From positions 384,001 to 448,000 of the forward strand of contig CAVTRN010000001.1 in assembly GCA_963737155.1 (NCBI GenBank): 64,000 nucleotides of DNA. The letters are read 5' to 3'. This document shows, one piece after another, positions 40,032 to 49,651 of the stretch. Both the position numbers and the translations under genes were made by a program. Numbering within the stretch: position 1 is the first letter of the stretch; each line of letters begins with the position of its first letter. The notes beneath the pieces were generated by a model. It saw nothing but the letters and a program-made list of their open reading frames with translations, was not told the origin of the DNA and made no database searches. The stretch is from Nitrospirota bacterium (GTDB taxonomy: Bacteria; Nitrospirota; UBA9217).

Positions 40032-40895
40032 ATGAAAAAAACATTAATCAAATTCCCCCAACAGCAAATATTCAAGTCTACAAAAACTCCGTTAAAACTG
40101 GCGTATTCATCGAAATTGGGTGCTCTGTTTGCGGACGATTGCTTGGAAATCCTCAGAGCAATTAAAGACAATCAGATTGACACCATTTTTGCAGACCCAC
40201 CATTTAACCTCGGCAAGATTTACGGAAAAAGCACAAATGACAGTCTTACCGAAAAAGAGTATCTAAAATGGTGCAAGGAATGGATAACAGAATGCGTTAG
40301 GATTCTCAAGCCAGGAGGAGCACTGTTTATTTATAACTTGCCAAGGTGGAACATCTACTTCGGCAACTATTTAAACGATTTGAAGATGCAATTCAGACAT
40401 TGGATTGCAATCGAAATCAATTCGACTTTTCCCATTAAAGGAAGACTCTATCCGTGCCATTATAGTCTTCTCTACTATACCAAGGGGAAACCGACAACAT
40501 ATCACAATATCAGAACACCCATCCTAACGTGCCGTCATTGCAAAGGGGAAATTAAAGATTACGGTGGTTATCGTAAGGACATGAATCCTAAAGGCGTTAA
40601 TCTCAAAGATGTATGGACTGATATACCTCCCGTAAGGCATAGAAAGTTTAAATCCAAAAATCGAAATGCTAATGCCTTGTCTACAAAATTGATAGAACGT
40701 GTTGTTGAACTTAGTACCAATCCTGGTGACTTGGTGTTAGACCCATTTGGTGGTAGTGGAACTACGTTTGCTGTTTGTGAGTATAAAAAACGTAAATGGA
40801 TAGGTATCGAGATTGACTATGCCGATGATATAATCCATCGTCTACAATCAGGTAAAATTCATCCCCATAAAAACGATGACTACGTTGAACGATAG
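40032..40895 (+). CDS. Type II N4/N6 DNA methyltransferase (beta class), cognate of the BamHI-like REase
   Basis: IFADPPFN and VLDPFGGSGTT; convergent with the REase gene. Confidence 0.92.
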   Translation: MKKTLIKFPQQQIFKSTKTPLKLAYSSKLGALFADDCLEILRAIKDNQIDTIFADPPFNLGKIYGKSTNDSLTEKEYLKWCKEWITECVRILKPGGALFIYNLPRWNIYFGNYLNDLKMQFRHWIAIEINSTFPIKGRLYPCHYSLLYYTKGKPTTYHNIRTPILTCRHCKGEIKDYGGYRKDMNPKGVNLKDVWTDIPPVRHRKFKSKNRNANALSTKLIERVVELSTNPGDLVLDPFGGSGTTFAVCEYKKRKWIGIEIDYADDIIHRLQSGKIHPHKNDDYVER

Positions 40896-41504
40896 CTACT
40901 CGATGGCTCTACCGTCTGTTCCCTTCGGGATTTTAGGAACATCTAAACTCGTACCGTCATGTTCAACCACGACAATTTCGAGGACACCATTCTTGCAATT
41001 GATGCTTTTCCAAAAATCAAGGTAAGGCACCAGCTCTTCCCAGTTGCCAATTCTATCCGTAAGAAATACCTTGAACTCGTTTGATGGAACAACTAACGTA
41101 CCGCTTATCAAGGCTCCCTTCATAAGCCCTAAACACATCTTATTCAAAGCCCTGTGACTCGATGATATGTTACCAGTTTCCCATTCTAAGGCTGATACGC
41201 CGTCATCGCTATAAAGCACAGCATCTAACTTCCCCGGCTTCTTTCTTGTTGCTATATCGAGAGGCCTTTCTGGTTTCCATCCTTCTCTTTCAAGAAACTC
41301 AATAAGCCCTTTCTTGATAGGAACTACGCCATTACCCTTACCTCTTTTTTTCCCGCTTTCGGGATAAATCAAAAACGTTCCGCTGCCTACGGGCCAATCT
41401 ATACGCTTAATAGCATCGTGAAGAAGCTTCCTCGTTTCCTCCCAATGTTTAGACTTGGGATAGCCACCAGAACTTATTAGTGTTTCAACGTGGACAATTT
41501 TCAT
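40896..41504 (-). CDS. BamHI-family type II restriction endonuclease
   Basis: NGVVPIK, PGKLD, EWETGNISSSHRALNK and LTDRIGN. Confidence 0.85.
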   Translation of the reverse strand: MKIVHVETLISSGGYPKSKHWEETRKLLHDAIKRIDWPVGSGTFLIYPESGKKRGKGNGVVPIKKGLIEFLEREGWKPERPLDIATRKKPGKLDAVLYSDDGVSALEWETGNISSSHRALNKMCLGLMKGALISGTLVVPSNEFKVFLTDRIGNWEELVPYLDFWKSINCKNGVLEIVVVEHDGTSLDVPKIPKGTDGRAIE

Positions 41505-41508
41505 TTAG

Positions 41509-41745
41509 TCACTTTGAATTAAGGCTTTGTATGATTTTGATAGGGTCAGCTTTGATTGCTTTCGATATTTCAAGAAACTCTATAACGTCTATTCTTCTTT
41601 CTCCAGTTTCATACTTAGACACAAACGACTGAGGCTTTTTAAGCCTTGACGCTAAATCTGTCTGGGTTATGCCCTCATTTTTCCTCAATTCGATAAGAAG
41701 TGAGATTAGTTTGCCATATTCACTATTATGGATAGTCTTCTTCAT
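41509..41745 (-). CDS. R-M controller (C) protein, Xre HTH
   Basis: RKNEGITQTDLASRLKKPQSFVSKYETGERRIDVIE; ends 4 bp upstream of the REase start. Confidence 0.85.
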   Translation of the reverse strand: MKKTIHNSEYGKLISLLIELRKNEGITQTDLASRLKKPQSFVSKYETGERRIDVIEFLEISKAIKADPIKIIQSLNSK

Positions 41746-41757
41746 ATCTGGTATATA

Positions 41758-41793
41758 ATAACCCAATTCAGGATATATCCCAACTTGGGATAT
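41758..41793. promoter_or_regulatory. Tandem C-boxes upstream of the C-R operon
   Basis: Perfect palindrome ATATCCCAA-C-TTGGGATAT (41775-41793) plus degenerate ATAACCCAATTCAGGATAT (41758-41776). Confidence 0.7.
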
Positions 41794-41933
41794 TGATGAC
41801 AATAGAAGCATCCAGGGGCGGCATATCAGGTCGGGCAGATATCGGAAAGGTGGATTTATAATTAGGTGATGTAGGTGAATGATGGATGTGGCGGGAGGCT
41901 ACTAGAGAAATGAAGCGAGGTAGTTAAAAATTC

Positions 41934-42376
41934 TTACCTACATGAGTAATTTGCTACAAACCACCCTCCCACTGTAGCAAATAAAATAGCCATTAAAACC
42001 ATGACAATTTCTGGACCAGTGCAATACGGGTAATCATGCCCTCGCTCTTTGTAAATATAACGCCCTTTTGCTGACAATAGTCTGTAATGAGCGGTCATGG
42101 AAATGGGGTGAAATGCAATCAAGATAAAAGCCACTGCAAGCATCACTCTGGCTGGCTTATTAAAATAACCATTGTTGAGTGGCACTACCACGCACAGCAC
42201 AACCACGCACAGCATACTTACAACATAATAACGTCAGGGATAGGAAACCACGTTTTTCTTCCAGCATCACCCACAGTAATCTCTCGATTTATGCGCCATC
42301 CAAATGCTACGAATTGGAGCGCAACAATCATAGAAACTAGTGTATTAACATTCAAAGCTGGGTCAATAGTCTGCAT
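41934..42376 (-). pseudogene. Membrane protein with 1-bp frameshift near 42226
   Basis: GGGAG RBS, MQTIDPALNV...WFPIPDVI, then one missing base before VVSMLCVVVLC of ORF 41934-42215. Confidence 0.6.
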
Positions 42377-42468
42377 GTCAGAGCTCCCTATCTAATCTCA
42401 CCCCGTATTTTACGGGCGGCTTCCCATGACCATCTCTCAAGGGTGTTTATGTCAAGATTTGCTGGCAT

Positions 42469-44367
42469 TTAATCCTCTATTTCAGAATCAATACTTGAAT
42501 CGATGGGTTCATCACCATGCTTCTTCATTCCTTCTTTCAATATGTTCAAAAAGGTTGAATTACGCCTCTCTGCATCCTTCAGGAACGCATCAAAAGAAAG
42601 GATATAAATACCTGCAAGAACGCTTGGTTTGCCCTCATCGATGATGATGCTTTGTTCTTTATAAAACACTTGGTCTGCCGAAAATAGTTCAGTATATCCA
42701 TCTTCTTTCAGCGAAATCCGAAACTCCTTATCAATGTCTACGATGCCATAAAACCATATGCGCTGTATCTTATCTGGAAAGTATTGAAGAAGCTTTCTTG
42801 CTCTTTGTCTCAGTTGGCTGACCACTTCCTCCTTCTTTGCTAATCCCAAGCCAAGCTTTTTCAATTCCACGATTACAACATCCACTTTTGTGGTGGTTGC
42901 CGGGTCATTAGAAAAAATGAGTGCTATATCGGGTCGGGAGGCATCCCTTTCGACTGACTCTGTCTCCAATGAAATTCCTGTAATCAGCTTGGTCATCTCT
43001 TCATTACTCAGAATTGAAGAGTAAGTCATATATTTATCATCGAGCAGCCAAGCATTATTTGTGTAGATGTCATCCATAAAGCTCGATTTGTGAAAAGACC
43101 GCTGCATAGGAACGATAATTTTGTGAATATCTGCTTCCAAACTATTAGGGTTAATTTCATTCAGTTTGCCAATTATCTTTGTTCGGTAAAGAACATACTC
43201 CATCAGCAGACGTGCTGATAGCTCAAGAGATTTTTCATATTGCTTCTCGCTTAACGTATCGGAATCCAATATTTCCTTCTGAGCATTGAAAAATCTCTTC
43301 TGTGCTGTCTCAAGCGATTTATTTTGATTTATCAATCCGGCTGTTTCTTTTTCAAAATATCCCTGCAAATGTGGATATCTATTTGAAAGTGTCTCCGTTA
43401 CAGTGTCATTGCGCTTTTTAATAAACGGAATTTTATCACTCAGTATTCTGCCAACGTTTTTAACGTAGAGCCTTTTAAGTGCTCTCATGTCCGTATCTTC
43501 TAACTCCAACTTGTCTCTTGAAGAATTAACCTTACCGTTAAAGAAATCGGAATACAGTAGAAATATTATTTCAAATCCAATTGGAATGTTGTCGATAGGA
43601 ACAAATTGAAGAGGTATCGTTCTTCCCTCGGCACATACCGCCGTTATCAAGGATTTAGATTTATAGTCCTGCCGAATGCTATAGTGCATATCCATTTTCT
43701 GGAACATATCCAAGCCTTCAGCATCAAATTCGGTCATTTCAAATTCGGGGAGGTCTTCAATTGATATTACCTGTGTGTCGCTATAAAAATCATATTCACG
43801 ATTCTCTTGTGCAGTTCGCAGTGCAATAGAAATATTTAAGTCTGATTTTTTGATTTTAAGGTTGTGTAGAACGGGGAAAAATTCTATTTCGAGGGACCTC
43901 TTGATTGAAGACGGTTTTAGATATTCGTAACTTTTAATAGATTTTTTGGAGTAACCAAAAAATGACAAAATTGTTGAGTTTGTCTTGCTCTCAATATCAA
44001 CAAGCTTATCCTTAACCTTGAAGCTGCTCGAAAACGTGAACGTCCTGCGCTTGCCGTCAAAATCACTCTTTACTTCTATCCGATTAAAATAATGCAAATA
44101 TACAAGGCGACCAATTCCTTTGTGGTTGGGGTCTTCAATTTCGAGAAGTTTTGTAAACTTATTAAAGTTACGACTAATAAATCCTTCCCCATTATCTTCT
44201 ATTTCAATTTGCAGTGTCTCAGGCTCGTTGTAGTCAGCAATATTAATTCTGATATCTATTCTGGTTGCCCTGGCATCAATGGCGTTTGCAACAGCCTCAT
44301 AGTAGACCATCTCTAAAGATGGATTTGCGTAGAAGTGTTTAACGGCATTTGCTACGTTAATTTCCAT
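42469..44367 (-). CDS. GHKL/MORC-type ATPase fused to a C-terminal PD-(D/E)XK nuclease
   Basis: EAVANAIDA, IEDNGEGF and KGIGR; C-terminal RPDIAL...VIVELKK...Q. Confidence 0.8.
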   Translation of the reverse strand: MEINVANAVKHFYANPSLEMVYYEAVANAIDARATRIDIRINIADYNEPETLQIEIEDNGEGFISRNFNKFTKLLEIEDPNHKGIGRLVYLHYFNRIEVKSDFDGKRRTFTFSSSFKVKDKLVDIESKTNSTILSFFGYSKKSIKSYEYLKPSSIKRSLEIEFFPVLHNLKIKKSDLNISIALRTAQENREYDFYSDTQVISIEDLPEFEMTEFDAEGLDMFQKMDMHYSIRQDYKSKSLITAVCAEGRTIPLQFVPIDNIPIGFEIIFLLYSDFFNGKVNSSRDKLELEDTDMRALKRLYVKNVGRILSDKIPFIKKRNDTVTETLSNRYPHLQGYFEKETAGLINQNKSLETAQKRFFNAQKEILDSDTLSEKQYEKSLELSARLLMEYVLYRTKIIGKLNEINPNSLEADIHKIIVPMQRSFHKSSFMDDIYTNNAWLLDDKYMTYSSILSNEEMTKLITGISLETESVERDASRPDIALIFSNDPATTTKVDVVIVELKKLGLGLAKKEEVVSQLRQRARKLLQYFPDKIQRIWFYGIVDIDKEFRISLKEDGYTELFSADQVFYKEQSIIIDEGKPSVLAGIYILSFDAFLKDAERRNSTFLNILKEGMKKHGDEPIDSSIDSEIED

Positions 44368-44434
44368 AGCTCTAATCCTCAAGGAGTCAATTGCAGTTTC
44401 AAGAAAATGACGTCTCTATGTCACGCCTGAATCA

Positions 44435-45025
44435 TCATCGACTCGTATAGTAGAAAACTACATCATTAGCAATTTTACGTCCTGATGCAATCTTTATCTG
44501 GCTTTTTGGCAATTCTAAAGCACCTGCCAACTGGTTTTTCTTCTCGTCAATCCACGGGCTACCATTTCTATTAGTCTGATGCTGATAGAATACCAAGACA
44601 TCCGCCGGCTTTAAAGCATTGAAGACCATTTTTGCCTCCCTGTTCAGGACATGCTCAAATTTAGGATTCTTCGACTCTAAACCAGTATCAGGGTCTAGGA
44701 ATACGATGCATCTGTCCTGATTGAACCGCTGGATAAACTCAATTGCTTCGTTATGGTAAGCATTCCTGTCTTTACCAAATGGAGAATCAAAGACATCCAC
44801 TTTTACCTTTGACCTCATCTGTTTAATATTCTGTATATCTCGAAAGAAACCAGTAACGTCATTGGGGATGCTAACATCCTTCTCATCAATCGAAACCTTA
44901 TCGAAAAACGATGGCCGGTAATATGCAATCTGGATAATCCGCTTGGCATCGTACTGTTCCGCAAGATGGAACAGCACTGACCACTTTACTAAGTCACGAT
45001 TGTCAGCAAACCAGATATCCCTCAT
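44435..45025 (-). CDS. Hypothetical protein (FLDPDTG motif, possibly methyltransferase-like fold)
   Basis: 196-aa ORF; IVFLDPDTGLE...VFYQH; TATAAT just upstream. Confidence 0.55.
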   Translation of the reverse strand: MRDIWFADNRDLVKWSVLFHLAEQYDAKRIIQIAYYRPSFFDKVSIDEKDVSIPNDVTGFFRDIQNIKQMRSKVKVDVFDSPFGKDRNAYHNEAIEFIQRFNQDRCIVFLDPDTGLESKNPKFEHVLNREAKMVFNALKPADVLVFYQHQTNRNGSPWIDEKKNQLAGALELPKSQIKIASGRKIANDVVFYYTSR

Positions 45026-45157
45026 AATTTAACTGATTATATCCCAAAGTCATCATTGAGGAAACAAAATACAGATATTTATGGGCAGGCTGAAAATGCT
45101 TAATAGGGGGATAGACTCAAAAAATCGGCGCAACCCTTGAGGAATCGAGGTAGTTGG

Positions 45158-45910
45158 TCACTGGCGGACACGGCATATCTCGCCATACTTCTTAAAGTTT
45201 TCCATATGCTCTTCTGACGACAGATGAGCATTAGGTTGTGGTATAACTGTGTAACGATTGCCCACCGTTTCCTTAACATCCGCCCCTATCAGTCTATCAA
45301 TCCCCTTCCCAATGCATATTACATGCTCTGGACGGGCTTCCTCAATAACACCCGCCGTATAATACTCCCATGACTTCCTTATGACTGATGACATGATTTT
45401 ATGTTTAGGTTTTTCCCCATCATTGTATAGAGCTACTATGCTGGCATCCACTAACCATATGCCCATTTGCTTCAGGCTCAAGAGGAGGTCTACCTTGTTC
45501 TTCACTCTTTGCTCATAGGGAGTCACGGATAAAACCGGGCTGAAATCCTTTATATCTGTAACAGAATGTAAGCAGCTATAAAATATCTTCCAGAACTGGG
45601 GTGTCCCGTCTCGCTTAGGATGCTTACTACTGCCAGTCAGTTCCTTTTCTCCGTAGGCAAGACAATATACAAATTTTGCATAATCAGTGGGGTATCCGGG
45701 GAGCTGGGCTATCTTAGAAACGGGGATACTTCTATCAGATGGGGTGGTAAATACATGGGACTCTGCCAATAGGATAATTCTCACCTTATCAGGCTTCCAA
45801 TATCGGCGGTATCTTTCTACCAGTTCAACAGATTCGTATGGTTCAATACCATCACTGAGTATTTCCTGAAGTTGATTGTAACAGTCGTGGAGTCTGTTCG
45901 ACGAGGTCAA
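45158..45910 (-). pseudogene. UDG-superfamily-like protein separated from its native ATG by the IS256
   Basis: ILLAESH, IWLVDAS, VICIGKG and IPQP; the native start ATG AAC AGA CTC lies at 47434, on the far side of the IS. Confidence 0.6.
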
Positions 45911-47422
45911 GCTTTTAGTTGAAATTATCTGAGTGGCCCGTTCCCTTCGGCTAAAGTATTTTTATCGGTTCAACGGTGTAAATCATCGCTGTTTATAAAA
46001 TCGGATTCGTAGGATCGCCATATGTGAGTTTTCTGAGGCCGAGCCATACCTAACCATCCCCCTTTACGCAGCCTCTTTGACTGTTAGGTCATTTAATTCT
46101 TCCGCTTCGATCCGTTTCATCACGTCCGCGATGAAGGCGTGGCCCTTGATCTTTCTGAATCCTTGTTCAGCATATAAGAGGACAGAAGCGAGCCAGCGCT
46201 GCATCATCTTGCTGTCGCGGTAGCGCTTTATATTGCCTTCTGCTTTTCTCACCGTGGAAAACATGCTCTCGATAGGATTGGTAGAATGCAACGTCTTCCT
46301 CAAGAGAGCGGGGACCTTCAATCGATGAAGGGTGAGAATGTCTTCTATCGCTTCCATGAGCGAATCAGCCGCCGACTCATTAATGCCCCGAAGCCATTTC
46401 TCCATGTCCAGAAGCATCTGACGAGCGTCCGCGTAATTATTCTGCTCCAGGGCTGTCCGGAACCTCCAGTGTGCGCCTTTCCGGTATTTCTTCGGCAAAT
46501 GATGCTGTATATTCCGGTCCTTGTGGATCGTGCACCGCTGATGGATGAGTTTCTTACCGAAGCGATCCCGGAGTGCCTTGATTACGCCCTTGCCGCCATC
46601 GGTAACCCAGATGATTCGTCGTGAAAGTATCAGACCTCGCCGCTCTATATCAGAAAACAGCTCTTCACACAGTTCATGGTTCTCCGTCGCCCCCTGCCAG
46701 AACCCCAATGTCTGCTTCTTTCCGGCAATATCAAGCCCCAGCGCCACGATGAATGCCTCTCCGCCGCGGTGAACAGTGTCTAAAAAGACCGCAAAGGGAA
46801 CGAATGACGTGAGTGACCGTTCCTTAAACTCCTGAAGCTGTTTTGCTGTTGCCGCGACGATATGGCTCGATACCGTGCTGGCGGACACTCCAAATGCTCG
46901 TGCCGTATCTACAACTGTCTCCGCATACTTCCGGCATGATATGCCCCGAAGCACCTTTCCAAGCAATTCTTCTGCGAAGACTTCCGGTTTTTTCATCTTC
47001 TGATAGCTCTGCAGTACAATCTCACCCGCCGGACCTCGAAGCCGAGGGTGGGTCACCGGGATCTTCTGATCTCCGATATAGACGGAACCGCCCTGGCTAG
47101 CCCACTTCCGCAGATCGGGACTGTTAGGCTGGTAGTCGGGGCCGGCAATCTCCTCCCGCTCGATGTACATGATCGTCTCTGCCATCATTCTGCCCATTTC
47201 CTTCATGCATTCATCAAAACCCTGTTTCCCTTTTGCGAAGACACAATACATCTGTTCGATGATCTCCCGCCTTCCGTATGCCTCTTCAATTCCTCGTATT
47301 GCCTTTTTTCTCTTCCTTGTGGTATCCTTCATTGAGTGGCTCCTTTCTTTTTTCTCTCTCTACCGTGGATTATGCCACGGGGGAGCCACTCTTTTCAATT
47401 TCAACTAAAAACAGTATAACCT
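45900..47422 (-). mobile_element. IS256-family insertion sequence
   Basis: Subterminal inverted repeat TTTTAGTTGAAATT (45913-45926 / 47397-47410); flanking direct repeat GAGTCTGTTC (45890-45899, 47423-47432); higher GC than flanks. Confidence 0.88.
46064..47332 (-). CDS. IS256 family (Mutator-like) DDE transposase
   Basis: VFLD, VTDGGKG, QRCTIHK and STNPIES. Confidence 0.92.
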   Translation of the reverse strand: MKDTTRKRKKAIRGIEEAYGRREIIEQMYCVFAKGKQGFDECMKEMGRMMAETIMYIEREEIAGPDYQPNSPDLRKWASQGGSVYIGDQKIPVTHPRLRGPAGEIVLQSYQKMKKPEVFAEELLGKVLRGISCRKYAETVVDTARAFGVSASTVSSHIVAATAKQLQEFKERSLTSFVPFAVFLDTVHRGGEAFIVALGLDIAGKKQTLGFWQGATENHELCEELFSDIERRGLILSRRIIWVTDGGKGVIKALRDRFGKKLIHQRCTIHKDRNIQHHLPKKYRKGAHWRFRTALEQNNYADARQMLLDMEKWLRGINESAADSLMEAIEDILTLHRLKVPALLRKTLHSTNPIESMFSTVRKAEGNIKRYRDSKMMQRWLASVLLYAEQGFRKIKGHAFIADVMKRIEAEELNDLTVKEAA

Positions 47423-47521
47423 GAGTCTGTTCATTATGTTTCCGTAGTTTCCTTCGGGAATCATTCATCACTGTGGTCATCCACATAAAACCATTCCTTA
47501 AAGAAAGCGTTTTTCTTTGAG

Positions 47522-48562
47522 TTACTGGATATCTGTGGTATGAATCAACTTATCCTCATAAATCTCAACTCTATTTCTCCCTAATTTTTTCGCACTCGTT
47601 TTAGCTTGATTTGCATATTTTTCAATTTCTCTTTCAGTATAAACACATTCCTTGTGAACATAATATAAACCAATTGACACAGTTAGAGGAATTGTGATAC
47701 CTGGAACATTCATTTGTGATAATTTTAGCTGAAATTCCTCTAAATAATCTTTTGAAAGTTTAAGTGACATGTTCGGAATAATCATCATATATTCGTCACC
47801 GCCAAAACGATAAGCGTAGCCGTGTGAATAAATGTGGCTTTCAAGCTCTCGCATGAATCTCGGAAGCAAAACTCGGTCAACAGTCGGCTCCCCATATTTA
47901 GTGTTAAAACTTTTGAAGTTGTCAATGTCTAAGTAAGCCACAGAAAGACCCACATTGCGAGAGTTGCACTTTTGACGGTAGTAATTTAAGTCGGAATAAA
48001 AAAGACGAGGAGAAATTAGTATGTGAAATTTTTCATCGTATTCTCTGCTTTCCAACTTCCACTTAAGGTCGTCCTCGATTTTTTCTATATATTCAGTTGA
48101 TATGTAGGCTGAGAGAGGAGGCAATTCTGTTGGTTTTGTGGAAATAAACCATTCTTCTTTAGTAAACTATTCGATAGCCTGCAGTCGTTTTTCTAATTGT
48201 TCTATAATATTTAAATCGGAAGTTTTCCCAAGCGGTTCTACCAGTTGATTTGCCATATCTTGTCGCTTATGAAGAATAGCCCTACAAAGCAGAGCTAATA
48301 AGTCATCATCAAGAGAAATGCTTGTTTTTGCCATGCTTCTTGTCCCTTTAATCCGCATTCTGGTCCCTATGTTAGTGTTAGTAAATATTCCAATTAACTG
48401 CTGTAGATTTGTGTCGATTTGAGATAATTCTTGTGGAATAACACCACTAAATTCCTTCGTTAAAACGTTTATCAGTGTCTTTAGGACGTGATTTTTTAGT
48501 TCCTCAACGTACTGTCTTAAATTGTGTGCATCATCTAAGAGTAATTTGAAACTGGTAGTCAA
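47522..48562 (-). pseudogene. GGDEF diguanylate cyclase split by one in-frame TAG (48167-48169)
   Basis: ...LQAIE*FTKEEWFISTKPTELPPLSAY... continues in one frame; DIDNFKSFN and RFGGDEY. Confidence 0.75.
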
Positions 48563-48691
48563 TGGATTCTCCTATCTACCTCGTATTCTGCCTGTCAGTT
48601 AACTTTCAACCTCAGAGCTGCGAACGAGAGCGGTCTGCAGAATAAAGTATATTATCGTTAATATTCATTGTCAGCGTGAGTGAGCCAGAAC

Positions 48692-49225
48692 TTACCACAA
48701 TAAAGTTCGATGGATTAGCATTTGGACAAAAGATTCAGCAATACTTTGAAGTTGCGAATCCTGAGTATCTGAATCTCCAGTAGTGGGATTTTGTGCAACT
48801 AGTCTTTCATCCCAAGGAAGTTGGGATATATCAGCATTTTCGTTTGGATTTGCTTCGATAGAATTGCTAAAAAATATTCCACATACATTGAAATATTTTT
48901 TATGAGCATGAATTATTATTTGTTCCACATCATCGTGATTTAAATGAGATGAAAATGTATTAAAATCTGCCTGTTGTAAATGATTTTCAAAATAATTACT
49001 TACTGACTCATAATCAGGCCTTTCTTGATAACTTCTATTTCCAATGGAAAATGTTGCTATTTTTCTTATCAGGGAAGAATGGGTTATTTCAAACACAAGA
49101 TTACAATCGAGGCGGATGTCCCGATTATCATCGGACAAGAGCTTGATTATCTTCTTTTGTAGGCTTGTTTTTCCCGTGTTATCATTCCCAATAAATACAA
49201 ATAACCATCTAGATTTTAGAGACAT
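48692..49225 (-). CDS. Small P-loop NTPase-like protein
   Basis: FVFIGNDNTGKTS; likely start MSLKSRW with a GAGG RBS. Confidence 0.6.
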   Translation of the reverse strand: MSLKSRWLFVFIGNDNTGKTSLQKKIIKLLSDDNRDIRLDCNLVFEITHSSLIRKIATFSIGNRSYQERPDYESVSNYFENHLQQADFNTFSSHLNHDDVEQIIIHAHKKYFNVCGIFFSNSIEANPNENADISQLPWDERLVAQNPTTGDSDTQDSQLQSIAESFVQMLIHRTLLW

Positions 49226-49235
49226 TATTAACCTC

Positions 49236-49433
49236 ATTCTGGATGTCTCGAAAGAATCCAGTATTTTCATCGGGAATACTAACTACCTTATCATCAAATG
49301 AAATTTTATCAAATTTTGATTTATTCTAATATGCTATCTGGATAATCCGCTTAGCATCGTGCTGTTCTGCGAAATGTAACAGCACTAACCAATTTACTAA
49401 GTCACGAGTATCCGCAAATCAGTTGTCCTACAT
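49236..49433 (-). pseudogene. Decayed 5' paralog of gene 44435-45025
   Basis: M*DN*FADTRDLVNWLVLLHFAEQHDAKRIIQIAY*...SIPDENTGFFRDIQN versus MRDIWFADNRDLVKWSVLFHLAEQYDAKRIIQIAYY...SIPNDVTGFFRDIQN. Confidence 0.85.
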
Positions 49434-49651
49434 AGCGGCTCGATTATATACCAAATGACTGGCCGAGGAAAGAGAATAACTTTTTTGCACGGATAACAAG
49501 GGACGGGCAACGTAAGAGCTGTTTACTTCGCTGAGGCCAGTCACGAATGGTTCATGACGCGGACACCATTACCCTATCACGGTCGGGCTGAGGGCGAACG
49601 TCATCTCTGATTATAGTTAGTAACAAAAAAGAAGGCTTAGAAAATCAACCG

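Noticed and set aside
48167-48169. Pyrrolysine or alternative genetic code
   Set aside because: Many other genes in the window end normally in TAG and no pyl genes are visible; a single nonsense change is simpler.
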